64,000 nt of DNA from Candidatus Multivoradales bacterium (GTDB taxonomy: Bacteria > Acidobacteriota > Thermoanaerobaculia > Multivoradales > JAHEKO01). The notes under the pieces were generated by a model. The model saw only the letters and a program-made list of their open reading frames with translations, searched no databases and was not told where the DNA came from. Below are positions 1 to 9,663 of the stretch, one piece after another. The stretch is taken from positions 640,001-704,000 of the forward strand of contig CBDCVR010000013.1 in NCBI GenBank assembly GCA_965223155.1, read 5' to 3'. How positions within the stretch are numbered: position 1 is the stretch's first letter; each line of letters opens with the position of its first letter. The position numbers were made by a program, and so were the translations under genes.

Positions 1-57
1 CGCCTCGAGGTCGCGGGCCGCGGCTTCGAAGTGCGCAGCTCGGTGCTGGGCCGCTAG
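1..57 (+). CDS. 3' end of a gene entering from the left edge (partial)
   Basis: Frame 1 is open to TAG at 55-57 (RLEVAGRGFEVRSSVLGR*) with GC-rich third positions and converges on the next gene; too short to name. Confidence 0.4.
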   Translation, partial: RLEVAGRGFEVRSSVLGR

Positions 58-77
58 CAGTCTGTACCGGCTTCGTT

Positions 78-683
78 CTACTTCGTCGAAGGTCGGGGCC
101 GTTCCCCCTCGTCCGGCTCGGCCTCGAGCTCGACCCCGAGCCCGTCGGCGATCCGGTTGACGAAGGCGAAGTAGGCCACGATCGAGCAGATGTCGTGAAT
201 CGCGCGCTCGTCCCAGCCGGCCGCCCTGAGCCGGGACACGTCCCCGGCGCCAACGGTCCACGGCTCGCGCGTGAGCACGAGCGCGTAGTCCAGCATCGCG
301 GCCTCGGCCTCGGTCACCGGGGCCCCGATCGCATCGGTCGGATCGGGCGGATCGGGCGGATCGGGCGGATCGGGCGAGAGAGCCTCGATCAGCCGGTCCT
401 GATCTCGTTCCGAGACCTTCTTCGCCGTCAGCAGCCTACGGAGACCCGCCCCGTGATGGTGCAGTCAGTAGTGGCAGGCGTTCGCGGCCGAGACCGCCAC
501 CGCCAGCATCTCGCGCTGAATCCGGGTCAGCGGCCCGGGGCCGTACATGAGCTGCCGGTACAAGTCGTAGTGCTGCCGCATGACTCGGCCGTTCACGGAG
601 TGGATGCGTAGGATGTTGTCGGTGTCCGGGACGCGCTCCTCGGCGGGCAGTCGATCCAGATCGCGATAGTCGATATAGGCCAT
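78..683 (-). CDS. AhpD/carboxymuconolactone-decarboxylase-like peroxidase-related protein, probable selenoprotein (CHYU, Sec at codon 73)
   Basis: ORFs 465..683 and 78..317 share a frame and are separated only by TGA at 467-465. Read-through gives REMLAVAVSAANACHY-U-LHHHGAGLRRL...LDYALVLTREPW...AYFAFVNRIADGLG, the full AhpD-like pattern, where homologues have CxxC. Confidence 0.85.
333..377 (+). repeat. 9-bp tandem repeat (ATCGGGCGG x5) encoding a Pro-Asp linker inside the AhpD-like gene
   Basis: ATCGGTCGG ATCGGGCGG ATCGGGCGG ATCGGGCGG ATCGGGCGA; frame-preserving (SPDPPDPPDPPDPTD on the minus strand). Confidence 0.85.
431..464 (-). promoter_or_regulatory. putative bacterial SECIS element
   Basis: Immediately 3' of the UGA: 10-nt spacer, then stem ACGGGG/CTCCGT closing a G/U-containing loop CGGGT, plus lower pairing GCACC/GGCTGC. 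Confidence 0.65.
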
Positions 684-695
684 AGGGGTCGAATC

Positions 696-2147
696 CTACG
701 ACGATCGGCCGGCGGGAGCGTGGGCGCCACGCAGCTCGGTGACCGCCGCTCGGATGTCCTCCAAACACAGCTCCATCCGGTCAAGGTGGGTGCGAAAGTT
801 GAGCACGCAGATCCGCAGGACAAAGCGGCCGTCCACCAGGGTCTCGGTCAAGAAGACACGCTTGCGCTCGTTGATCCTCCGCAACAGCTCGCGGTTGAGC
901 TCGTTCTCCTCCTCCAGGCTGGCGCCGGCCGAACGCAGTCGAAAGCTCACCAGCGAGAGCTCGGGCTCTCCCAGGGTCTCGACGCCCTCGACGGCTTCGA
1001 GCTCATGGTACGCCCACTCGGCCAGATCCAGCTTTTCGTCCAGAACCGCCCGAAAGCAGTCGAAGCCGTAGAGCTTGAGCGGCAGCCAGACCCGGAGACC
1101 CCGGAAGTCTCGCGACAGCTCGGGCGAGATCTCACAGAAATCCACCAGCCGTTCGTCGTCCTGGAGCGGTGGCATGTAGTCGGCCTGGACCGTGTGGGCG
1201 CGCCGGAGCGCCGCCTGCTCGCGTACCAGCAGGCACCCCGTGCCGTAGGGCAGGAACAGCCCCTTGTGCGGATCCAGGGTCACCGAGTCGGCGCGCGCGA
1301 GTCCGGTCATACGCTTCCGGCCGCGTTCGGTCAGGGCGAAAAAGCCGCCGTAGGCCGCGTCCACGTGGAACCAGAGCCCTTCGCGGGCGGCGACGTCGGC
1401 CAGCGCCTCGAGATCGTCGATCGCCCCGGTGTTGGTGGTGCCGGCGCTGCCCACGAGGAGGAACGGCGCTCGGCCCGCGCGCCGATCCTCGACCAGGGTC
1501 CGTTCGAGAGCGTCGATCCGCATCCGCTGGCGGCCGTCCACCGGAATCGAGCGCACGGCCTCGGCCGGAAACCCGGCCAGAGCCGCCGCCCGCGTGACCG
1601 AGTGATGGACCTGGCTCGAGACGTAGAGGGATCCGGCCAGGAAATTCTCCGGCAGCCGCTCCCGCCTGGCGGTGAAAACGGCGCTGAAATTGGCGACCGA
1701 GCCGCCCGACGACAGGAAGCCCCCGGATCCCGGCGGCAGGCCGAGAAGCTCGCAGAACCAGCGAATGACGTTGATCTCGAGCTGCGCCAGTCCGGGTGCC
1801 GCGGTCCACACCGTGACGTACCGGTTGATCCCGTTGGCCACCAGGTCGGCGACCGCCGACTCGAACAGCCCACCCCCGGGGATGTACGCCAGGAACCCAG
1901 GTCCGGCGTTGTTGAAGCTGGTGGGCAGCGCGCGCTCGAAGACGAGATCCATGAGCTCGGCAAACGGGGCGCCACTTGCCGGAGGCCCTTCTTCCAGCGA
2001 GCGCGCCAGCTCGTGCGCGCCGGAGATCTCGAATGCCGGCGCCTCGGGCAAAGCCTCGAGGTGGCGAACGAGCCTCTCGGTCGCCTCCGCCACCATGGTC
2101 CGCATCGCCGCCGCCGACGGCTCCATGCGGTGCCGTTTCGGGTCCAT
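696..2147 (-). CDS. PLP-dependent group II decarboxylase (aromatic-L-amino-acid decarboxylase-like)
   Basis: SGGSVANF, GSAGTTNTGAIDDL, WFHVDAAYGG, DSVTLDPHK (PLP lysine), ELSRDFRGLRVW. Confidence 0.9.
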   Translation of the reverse strand: MDPKRHRMEPSAAAMRTMVAEATERLVRHLEALPEAPAFEISGAHELARSLEEGPPASGAPFAELMDLVFERALPTSFNNAGPGFLAYIPGGGLFESAVADLVANGINRYVTVWTAAPGLAQLEINVIRWFCELLGLPPGSGGFLSSGGSVANFSAVFTARRERLPENFLAGSLYVSSQVHHSVTRAAALAGFPAEAVRSIPVDGRQRMRIDALERTLVEDRRAGRAPFLLVGSAGTTNTGAIDDLEALADVAAREGLWFHVDAAYGGFFALTERGRKRMTGLARADSVTLDPHKGLFLPYGTGCLLVREQAALRRAHTVQADYMPPLQDDERLVDFCEISPELSRDFRGLRVWLPLKLYGFDCFRAVLDEKLDLAEWAYHELEAVEGVETLGEPELSLVSFRLRSAGASLEEENELNRELLRRINERKRVFLTETLVDGRFVLRICVLNFRTHLDRMELCLEDIRAAVTELRGAHAPAGRSS

Positions 2148-2224
2148 CGAACGATGCTACTCCGTTCAATTGGCCGTGGCGACTCCGGCGGCCCCGATTG
2201 CTCCGACGGCCCCGGCGGCTCCGT

Positions 2225-3382
2225 CTAGGCGAACGCCGCCCGGAAGCGTTCACCCACCTGGCGCAGCCGCTCCACCGGCTCATTCGAAAAGACGAGACGC
2301 AGGTAGCCCGCGCTGCGCTCGGACCCCCAACCGGTCATCGGCGTGGCCGCGACCTTGCCCCGCTCCAGCAAGCGGTCCGAGGCCTCGCGGCCGGACAGGC
2401 CGAAGCTCGTGGCGTCCAGGAGCAGAGACCAGCCGCCCTCCGGCCGAATCGCCGCGTAGGGCGCGAGCTGGTCCAGCAGCACGTCCCGCCGGCGTTCCAG
2501 CTCGGCCGTCGCTGCGCGGATCCCAGGCCGCTCCGAGCTCAAGGCCACGGCTGCGCCCGCGAGAGCGATGCCGACGTTGGCGACGACGTTCGAGATCGAC
2601 ACCAGGCCGACGTCGTCGATGATCCCTGCCGGCGCCACGATCCAGCCCACCCGCCAGCCGATCATCCGGTACTCCTTGGACACCGAGCCGATGGTGATGG
2701 TGCGCTCGGCCATTCCCTGGCAAGAGGCAGGATGGATAGGCGCCAACCCGTCGAAGAGCAAACGCTCCATGGCGCTGTCGTAGAGCAACCAGGCGCCGGC
2801 GGCACGGCAGGCCCCGGCGACCGCCTCCCAGTCCTCTCGGTCCAGGACCGCCCCCGACGGCATCGCCGGGCTCATCATCAGGAAGGCCCGGGTGCGTCCT
2901 GACACGGCACCGTCGAGGCTCTCGCGGTCCAGGCGCCAGCGGCCGCCGCGCACCTCGCAGCGAACGAATCGCGGCACCCCTCCCGCCAGTCGCACCCGAT
3001 TGACCAGGCCGATGTAGATCGGGTCGGGCAGCACCACCTCGTCTCCGGGCTCCAGAATCGCCAGCAGCACGTCCAGAATACCGTTCAGGCCGCCGGCCGC
3101 GAGAATCGTCGATCGACGCCAGTCGTAGGCCACCCCGGAGCTCTCCGAGACGATTCGGCAGGCCTGGCGCCGCAGCTCGTCGGTTCCGAGAAACGGCAGA
3201 TAGCTGTTGGCGTCGTCCCGGCCGACGGCCTCGCGCGTGGCTTCCACGACCCCGGCCGGCAAGGGCAGATCGGTATCCAGGTTCTCCAGACGAAGCACCT
3301 CCGGATCGGCGGCCCCGTCGGCCAAGGCGCCGAGCCGGTCGACTCCGATGCCGGCCATCCCGGCCAGGCGGGAAACCGGCAT
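2225..3382 (-). CDS. PLP-dependent aminotransferase class I/II
   Basis: LEPGDEVVLPDPIY, MSPAMPSG, GSVSKEYRMIGWRVG (PLP lysine). Confidence 0.88.
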   Translation of the reverse strand: MPVSRLAGMAGIGVDRLGALADGAADPEVLRLENLDTDLPLPAGVVEATREAVGRDDANSYLPFLGTDELRRQACRIVSESSGVAYDWRRSTILAAGGLNGILDVLLAILEPGDEVVLPDPIYIGLVNRVRLAGGVPRFVRCEVRGGRWRLDRESLDGAVSGRTRAFLMMSPAMPSGAVLDREDWEAVAGACRAAGAWLLYDSAMERLLFDGLAPIHPASCQGMAERTITIGSVSKEYRMIGWRVGWIVAPAGIIDDVGLVSISNVVANVGIALAGAAVALSSERPGIRAATAELERRRDVLLDQLAPYAAIRPEGGWSLLLDATSFGLSGREASDRLLERGKVAATPMTGWGSERSAGYLRLVFSNEPVERLRQVGERFRAAFA

Positions 3383-3525
3383 CGTCAGCGGCTCCGGGCC
3401 GTTCGGCGACAGGGTCCGGGCGCGGGTCGGGAGAGCAAGCGACCATCTTCCATAGTGGCCAACATGCTATCGCCAGCGGTTGGCCGGCTATCCACCGAAC
3501 CAGACGCTCGGATACTCTCCGGACA

Positions 3526-4548
3526 ATGCTGGATCGAACGCCACCAGGCCGCCGTCTGCTCGGACGTTCAGCGGCGGCCGTGGCCCTGTGCCTGCCACTG
3601 TGCGTACCCTTGTGCTTGCCCTTGTACTGGGCGCCCCCCGGACTGGCCCTCGAGCCGCCAGTGCCGGCGGCGCCGGAGGCCATCTCGCTGCTTGGCCGGC
3701 CGCTTGCCCGGCCCGAGCTTCCCGAGGAGTTTCGCGCCCGGCAAGAGACGCTCCTCGCCGAGGCCCAGGATCGGCTCGCCGCGCGGCCGGACGATCTGGA
3801 CGCGCTCATCTGGGTCGGTCGCCGTACCGCCTACCTGGGCCGGTACCGCGAGGCGATCGAGACCTACACTCGCGGGCTCGCGGCGCATCCGGACGAACCC
3901 CGGCTCCTGCGCCATCGCGGGCACCGGTGGATTACCGTGCGCGAGCTGGACCGCGCCATCGAAGATCTGGCACGAGCCGGCGACCGGATCGAGAACGGCG
4001 AGGACCGCGTCGAAGAGGATGGGCTCCCGAACGAGCGCGGCATTCCGACCAGCACCCTGCACACGAACGTCTGGTACCACCTGGGCTTGGCGCACTATCT
4101 CAAGGGCGAGTTCGAGCCCGCGCTCGAGGCCTACCGCAAGTGCCTGGCCGCCGCCGGCAACCCCGACATGCGGGTCGCCGCCTCGTACTGGCTCTACCTG
4201 ACCTTGGCCCGGCTGGACCGCGGCCAGGAAGCGCAGGCGATCTTGCAACCGATCTCCACCGAGCTCGACGTCATCGAGAATGCCGACTACTACCACCTCC
4301 TCCTGAGCTACAAGAACCAGGTCGACGCCCACGAGCTCTACGCCCAGGCGCTGGCCGAGCCTCAGTCGGTCTCGGCGGCGACCGTCGGCTACGGCATCGG
4401 TGCCTACCACCTGGTCCATGGGCGCCCGGCTCGCGCCCGGCCGCTGCTCGACCAAGCGGCGGCGAGCGCCTCGTGGGCGGCCTTCGGCACCCTTGCCGCC
4501 GAGGCCGAGCTGGCCCGCCTTCGGGAGGAAGCCCCGCCCCGTCCATGA
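3526..4548 (+). CDS. exported tetratricopeptide-repeat protein
   Basis: Signal-peptide-like N-terminus; TPR-like units (WYHLGLAHYLKGEFEPALEAYRKCL). Confidence 0.8.
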   Translation: MLDRTPPGRRLLGRSAAAVALCLPLCVPLCLPLYWAPPGLALEPPVPAAPEAISLLGRPLARPELPEEFRARQETLLAEAQDRLAARPDDLDALIWVGRRTAYLGRYREAIETYTRGLAAHPDEPRLLRHRGHRWITVRELDRAIEDLARAGDRIENGEDRVEEDGLPNERGIPTSTLHTNVWYHLGLAHYLKGEFEPALEAYRKCLAAAGNPDMRVAASYWLYLTLARLDRGQEAQAILQPISTELDVIENADYYHLLLSYKNQVDAHELYAQALAEPQSVSAATVGYGIGAYHLVHGRPARARPLLDQAAASASWAAFGTLAAEAELARLREEAPPRP

Positions 4549-5318
4549 GCTCAGGCGTCGTCAGCCTGCTGACCGACTTCGGCACCACCGACTACTACGT
4601 CGGCGCGCTTAAGGGCACCCTGCTCCGGCTGGCGCCGGACAGCCGCATCGTGGACGTCTCGCACGAGGTGGATCCCGGCGACGTCGAAGAGGGCGCGTTC
4701 CTGCTGGGCGCCTCCCATCGCCACTTCCCACGGGGAACGGTCCATCTCGCGGTGGTCGATCCCGGCGTCGGCGGGCACCGACGCATCCTGGCGTGCTCGA
4801 CCGGCACCGATTTCTTCGTCGCGCCCGACAATGGGCTTCTGTCCTATGTCCTGGACGGCGCGGAGGTTCGCTCGGTCGAGGCCCAGGAGCTCTTCCTGGA
4901 CGCTCCCGGCGAGACCTTCCACGGGCGCGATCGCTTCGCGCCGGTAGCGGCGTACTTGGCCCGGGGCGAGTCCTTCACGAAGTTGGGTCCAGTGGCCGAG
5001 AATCCGCTCCGTCTAGCCATCGGGCCGCCCCAGCGGGACGGGAACGGTCTTTCCGGTACCGTCGTCCACGTCGATCGCTTCGGCAACTTGATCAGCGATA
5101 TCCCCAGCCGCTGGCTCACCGACGACCGGCGCTTTGTGTGCCGGATCGGCGCTCTCGAGGTCACCCGCATGGTCAGCCACTACGCCGCGCTCGAACCCGA
5201 CGAGGTCGCCTTGCTCCCCGGATCCCTGGGAACTCTCGAGGTTTCGATGAATCGCAGGAGCCTAGCCGACAGCCTGACGCTCGGCCGGCGCGAGCCCATT
5301 CGCATCGACTTTCGCTAG
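4545..5318 (+). CDS. SAM hydrolase / SAM-dependent halogenase family protein (DUF62)
   Basis: SLLTDFG, VHLAVVDPGVG, APDNGLL, TFHGRDRFAP, HVDRFGN; ATGA overlap with the upstream stop. Confidence 0.9.
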   Translation: MSSGVVSLLTDFGTTDYYVGALKGTLLRLAPDSRIVDVSHEVDPGDVEEGAFLLGASHRHFPRGTVHLAVVDPGVGGHRRILACSTGTDFFVAPDNGLLSYVLDGAEVRSVEAQELFLDAPGETFHGRDRFAPVAAYLARGESFTKLGPVAENPLRLAIGPPQRDGNGLSGTVVHVDRFGNLISDIPSRWLTDDRRFVCRIGALEVTRMVSHYAALEPDEVALLPGSLGTLEVSMNRRSLADSLTLGRREPIRIDFR

Positions 5319-5364
5319 AATGACCGGGAACGACCGGTTCGACAATCGGCGCAAGGAGGTCGCA

Positions 5365-5553
5365 ATGACCCAATGGGAGTACAAGATCATCAATATCCGT
5401 AGCGAGAACTATCGCTTGGATCCCAACGCCGCGACGCAGTTGAACGAGCTGGGAGCGGAAGGCTGGGAGCTCATCTCGATCACGTCGGTCAACTTCAAGA
5501 GCGGTGCGACCGACAACATCGCGATGGTCTTCAAGCGCCCGGTCGGCGGCTAG
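5365..5553 (+). CDS. small DUF4177-like protein
   Basis: QWEYKII...LNELGAEGWELISI...VFKRP; AGGAGG RBS before the ATG. Confidence 0.85.
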   Translation: MTQWEYKIINIRSENYRLDPNAATQLNELGAEGWELISITSVNFKSGATDNIAMVFKRPVGG

Positions 5554-5590
5554 CCCGACGCTCTCACCGGCGCGACGGGAGAGCCGAAGG

Positions 5591-6052
5591 CTAGCTCTCG
5601 AAGTCGTCCGCGGATTCGGATCGCGGCCCGTGTGCGGGGTCTGGTCCGCTCTCTCGAGCCGATCCGGCCTGTAACGCGACTCGCCGCTCCCACCAGTTCC
5701 GGTGCTCGTCCAGACGTCGCCGCACCGTCCCCAGCGGCGTCTCCACGCTCCGGAGCCGGCGCCGAGCCACGATCACCAGCACCCAGGACGCCAGCAGAAA
5801 GACGCCCAGCACCGACACCGCCGCCCCCCAGCGCGGCAGCCACAGAGCCGCCACCTCGACCAGCACATAGGCCAGAGCGCCAATCGCCCAGAACAGCACG
5901 AAGAGAGCCACGGCCAGCAGCAGCAGGGCGCGGACCAGCACTCGGCTCGAGCCCTGGAGCTCCGAGTTGAGGGCGCCCAGCTCGGCCCGCAGCAGCTCGA
6001 CGCCCGCCTGGCCTAGAGGGGCCAGCGCCGAGGTCCAGCGCAGCGGTTTCAT
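5591..6052 (-). CDS. membrane protein of the 'phage holin family' / YhjD-YqjE-like type
   Basis: ELLRAEL motif followed by two TM helices and a charged tail; coupled to the VWA gene. Confidence 0.7.
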   Translation of the reverse strand: MKPLRWTSALAPLGQAGVELLRAELGALNSELQGSSRVLVRALLLLAVALFVLFWAIGALAYVLVEVAALWLPRWGAAVSVLGVFLLASWVLVIVARRRLRSVETPLGTVRRRLDEHRNWWERRVALQAGSARESGPDPAHGPRSESADDFES

Positions 6053-7803
6053 CGGCCACCGGTGGCGCCGGTCCGGGCGGTGCTACCGGCCCGAATCGAC
6101 TGGGATACCACCGACTGAGTGGCTCCGACCTCGTCCCGCACGGCCACGGCCAGCCGGTTCTCTCCCGCCCGCATCTGGAGCTCCACCTGGTAGATGTACG
6201 CCTTTTCCAACGCGGTCTCGATCTCGGCGTTGGGAATCCGGATGTCGAGCGGAACCTCCTGCACGCCCGAGGTCCTGCCTTCCCCATCCATGGCCGCGAA
6301 ATAGACCTTGACCCGGCCGTGGAAAAACTCGTCCCGAGGCACCAGCGACAGCTTGCCCAGGGGCACGAAAACGGCGATCGGCATCAAGAAGTGGCCGCCG
6401 TCTCCGGGACTGCCCTGGCCGACCTTGACGGCGATCGACAGCGGATTGCGCTCGAAGCCGTACATCAAGGTCGAAGCGGTCATGTCCGCGACTCGATCCG
6501 ACCGGGACTTGTCCCGGTAGCCGTGGCGGTAGCGCAGGCGGACCCCCTTGCGCTTCTCTTTGAGGCGAACCTCGATGCGGTGATACCGCCCGTCGCCGGC
6601 GTGGGAAGGCTGGTAGCCGAGTGAATAGTAGGTCCCGAAGTCCCGGGCCACCCGGGTCAGGCCCTTGCGCGGATCGTTGGTGTTGTAGATCGCCTGGCCA
6701 CCGGTGCGGTCGGCCATGAAGATCAAAGGTGCCTGCAAGTTGTGGAAGTAAACGCTGTCGATGAGCGTACCGAGGCCCGGCGTCTGGACGCCCTGCTGGT
6801 CGGCCGAAACCGTGCTCGCGACTCGCAGGCCCGCCGCGTCGATCGTGTAGAAGCTGATCCGGTTGGTATTGGCCTGAGCCGCCAGCTCTTCGAAGGTGCG
6901 CTGGGCGTTGAAGTCATGGGCCCGCATCAGAACCGAAGAGTCGTTGAACTTCTGCTGCATGGCGTAGAAGAGATCCTCGCCCTGCATCATCTCGATGCCG
7001 TCGCTGACGTAGAGAATCGCCTTGCGGCCCTCGATGCCTCCCAGCGACGCCACCATCTCCTTGAGCGCCGTGACCGAGAAGCTCATGTCGTTGTACATCG
7101 ACTCGGCGTACTGCGTCACCCGCCACCGCACCTCGTCGATCGACTCGGCCTCGTCGATGTCGCGCAGGAGGTCGCGCCGGTCGGAGTCTTTGTGGACCGC
7201 GTGCCCGGTCAGGTTCTCAAGCTCGAAGAGCGACCGGGCGATGATCGCCGGATCGTTGGTGAACGGGTGCCGGATCTTCAAGGACCGGTCGTAGGAAACC
7301 AGCATGACCTGGTCGACCGCCTCGGTGTTTTCCCGCAAGAAGTCGCGAATGCTCCGGAAGACCCGGTTGCGGTTGAACGGCCGGATGTTGAAGTTGTCCA
7401 CGTACACCACCAGGTACAGCTTCTGTTCCTCGGGAATGAGCTCCATCGGCGGCGCGGTACCGGGCACCAGAGGCTCGGGCGCGTCAACCTCGGGCGTGAC
7501 CGGAACCTGGGGCGCGCCGCCCTCGGTCACGTAGAAGTTGGTGATCGCGACCGGGCGCCGGTCTTCCAGGATCTCGAAGTCGTCCTTGGTCAGACCGGTA
7601 ATCGGCTCGCCTTTCTTGTCGGTCACGTAGACCTCGACGTTGACGACGTTGACGTCCACCGTCTCGAAGAAAAACTCGTCGGACTCTTGCTGGGCGTCCT
7701 CACCCTCCTGGGCGACCAGCACGGCGGCGCCCGACCCGAAGGCCAGAAGCAGCCCCAGGGCGAGCATCGGAATCACGGAAGCGCGAAATTGGACCATCAT
7801 CAC
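6049..7803 (-). CDS. acidobacterial VWA-domain (VWFA-related) exported protein
   Basis: VNVEVYVTDKKGEPITGLTKDDFEILED, GRKAILYVSDG, MADRTGG, YYSLGYQP, YRHGY. Confidence 0.9.
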   Translation of the reverse strand: MMMVQFRASVIPMLALGLLLAFGSGAAVLVAQEGEDAQQESDEFFFETVDVNVVNVEVYVTDKKGEPITGLTKDDFEILEDRRPVAITNFYVTEGGAPQVPVTPEVDAPEPLVPGTAPPMELIPEEQKLYLVVYVDNFNIRPFNRNRVFRSIRDFLRENTEAVDQVMLVSYDRSLKIRHPFTNDPAIIARSLFELENLTGHAVHKDSDRRDLLRDIDEAESIDEVRWRVTQYAESMYNDMSFSVTALKEMVASLGGIEGRKAILYVSDGIEMMQGEDLFYAMQQKFNDSSVLMRAHDFNAQRTFEELAAQANTNRISFYTIDAAGLRVASTVSADQQGVQTPGLGTLIDSVYFHNLQAPLIFMADRTGGQAIYNTNDPRKGLTRVARDFGTYYSLGYQPSHAGDGRYHRIEVRLKEKRKGVRLRYRHGYRDKSRSDRVADMTASTLMYGFERNPLSIAVKVGQGSPGDGGHFLMPIAVFVPLGKLSLVPRDEFFHGRVKVYFAAMDGEGRTSGVQEVPLDIRIPNAEIETALEKAYIYQVELQMRAGENRLAVAVRDEVGATQSVVSQSIRAGSTARTGATGGR

Positions 7804-7850
7804 AGGAACCTGCTCTCGAAAAGGGGTTCGAAGGAACCGATCGGTGGATC

Positions 7851-9614
7851 TCAGGGATCGATGTCGAACCCGGCCGACAGAATTCTACCACTGGCCGGAT
7901 CGTGGACCGCGACGACGCCGGCGTGGGATCGGCGGCGCAGCTCGAGCTCGGTCTCGTAGGTACCGATCTGGCCGGCCTCGGGCTCGGAGGAGAGCTGGAG
8001 ATCCAGCGGAATCACCGGAATCGGCGCCTGATCCCCGTGGTCGTCCTGGACCGCAAGCCGGAGCTCCAGCCGGGCGACGTAGCCGTCGGCGGCCGGCAAG
8101 AACGTGACCTCGTCCAAGGGCACGAGAATCTTGAGGGGCACCGCGATCCTGCGCCGGCTCTTGGTCACCGGGTCGCCGACCTCGATCGCCAGGGTGCTGG
8201 CGGCCGCGGCGTTGCCAAAGAGCAGCGTGCTCTCGACCGCCATCGACACCTCGGACGATCTGGATGAATCCAGGTAGCTGCGGCGGGAGCGAACTCGGAA
8301 GGACGGGTCGCGCAGCACCACCCGGACCTGGTGCCGCGAGTCGTCCTCGGCCTTGGCCGGGCTGAACCCCAGCCAGTAGTACGAGTCGACGTCCCCAGCG
8401 ACGCGCTCGAGTGCCTGGACCCGGCCCTGGTTCAGGATCGCGCGCCCACCGGTCTGGCGGGCCAGGTACGTCAGCGTGGCATGAGCCTGGCCCTCGACCT
8501 CGAAACCGAAGTCCGCCCGCGAGTTGACGTCATCCGGCAGCCGCGCCACCGACGCCTGGCCCGCGAACTCCCGGTCCAGACCGGGCACGTCCACCGGATA
8601 GATCGTGTACCCCAAGAGATTCGCGGTCTCGGTGAGGCGGTTGTAGAGGTTCCTGCCATACGGCCCGCTGCGCTCGAACAGAACCGTGCTGAGCCCTCCC
8701 AGGAGATAGTCCGCGGGGACAAAAGGCCAGCCCCCGGACAGGAGCAGCAGCACCTTCCGCCCCGGAGGCTTCGCGAAGCTCCGAAGCGTGGCCGCGGCCG
8801 CCGCGATCGAACGATTCAACTGGCCGGTCAGCTCGCCGATGTAGGCCCGTTCGTCCGGTCGCAGGTTGCGGTGGAACTCGGAGAATCCCAGCTCCTCCTC
8901 GCGTCCGACTTGCCGGGCGAGGCCGTCGAAAAGGGTGAAATTGGCCCGCTCTCGCTCGACCCGGCGGCGCAGGCCGTGGGCCGGCCGGCCCATGGCGTCC
9001 TGGAAGGCACGCTCCAGCACCGGCTCGAGGTCCGTCCACGAGGTCAGCATGTCGAGGTCCTTGCCGTCGTAGGCAACGACCGCCATGCGGTCCTCGGGCC
9101 GCAAGAACCCGAGGTTGGCGGCCAGCGCCTCCAAGACGCGGTTCCGGTCCGGTTTCAAGCTGAAGAAATCGTCCACGAAGACCAGATAGCTGACTCCGAC
9201 CGGCTCCCCCGGAGCCAGGGACGGCACCGCCGGCGGCGCGGCGGCGGATTCGAGCGCTCCAGGCTCGGCAGCGGGCCTCGCAGCCGGACGAACGATTCCG
9301 TTCCGAATCTCGCTGAAGTAGTCGATACTGACCGCCTCGCCGTCCACCAGAAGCTCGAAGTCGCCCGGTCCGAGGCCACGAATCGGCGTGCCGTCCTTGT
9401 CGGTGACTTGGACTTCGATGTTGATCACGCGGACGTCCAACACCTCGCTGAAGATGCCGGGCATGGCCGAAGGCTGTTCCTGCGCCGCCAGCGCGCCCGC
9501 GCTGACGCCCCCGAGCATCCCGAGAATCCCGACCGCTGCCACCGCCAACCGTGCCGCCCATCCCCGTCCAGAGCCCGCCGTTCGTTGTGCGCGCACCGTC
9601 GTCCTCCTCGTCAT
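7851..9614 (-). CDS. acidobacterial VWA-domain exported protein (second paralog)
   Basis: VINIEVQVTDKDGTPIRGLGPGDF, GRKVLLLLSGG, LARQTGG, YYWLGFSP; start taken at ATG 9614 ahead of a signal peptide. Confidence 0.87.
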   Translation of the reverse strand: MTRRTTVRAQRTAGSGRGWAARLAVAAVGILGMLGGVSAGALAAQEQPSAMPGIFSEVLDVRVINIEVQVTDKDGTPIRGLGPGDFELLVDGEAVSIDYFSEIRNGIVRPAARPAAEPGALESAAAPPAVPSLAPGEPVGVSYLVFVDDFFSLKPDRNRVLEALAANLGFLRPEDRMAVVAYDGKDLDMLTSWTDLEPVLERAFQDAMGRPAHGLRRRVERERANFTLFDGLARQVGREEELGFSEFHRNLRPDERAYIGELTGQLNRSIAAAAATLRSFAKPPGRKVLLLLSGGWPFVPADYLLGGLSTVLFERSGPYGRNLYNRLTETANLLGYTIYPVDVPGLDREFAGQASVARLPDDVNSRADFGFEVEGQAHATLTYLARQTGGRAILNQGRVQALERVAGDVDSYYWLGFSPAKAEDDSRHQVRVVLRDPSFRVRSRRSYLDSSRSSEVSMAVESTLLFGNAAAASTLAIEVGDPVTKSRRRIAVPLKILVPLDEVTFLPAADGYVARLELRLAVQDDHGDQAPIPVIPLDLQLSSEPEAGQIGTYETELELRRRSHAGVVAVHDPASGRILSAGFDIDP

Positions 9615-9663
9615 GAACTCGTTAGGTTCTGTCTCATCGTTCCGCGGGTACGAAACCAGCAAT

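Noticed and set aside
4545-5318. Possible fluorinase/chlorinase
   Set aside because: The motif TFHGRD with the Asp-Arg-His residues fits the common DUF62 SAM hydrolase rather than the halogenases; no biosynthetic context
5591-6052. Holin suggesting a prophage
   Set aside because: No phage genes nearby; this membrane family is common in core chromosomes
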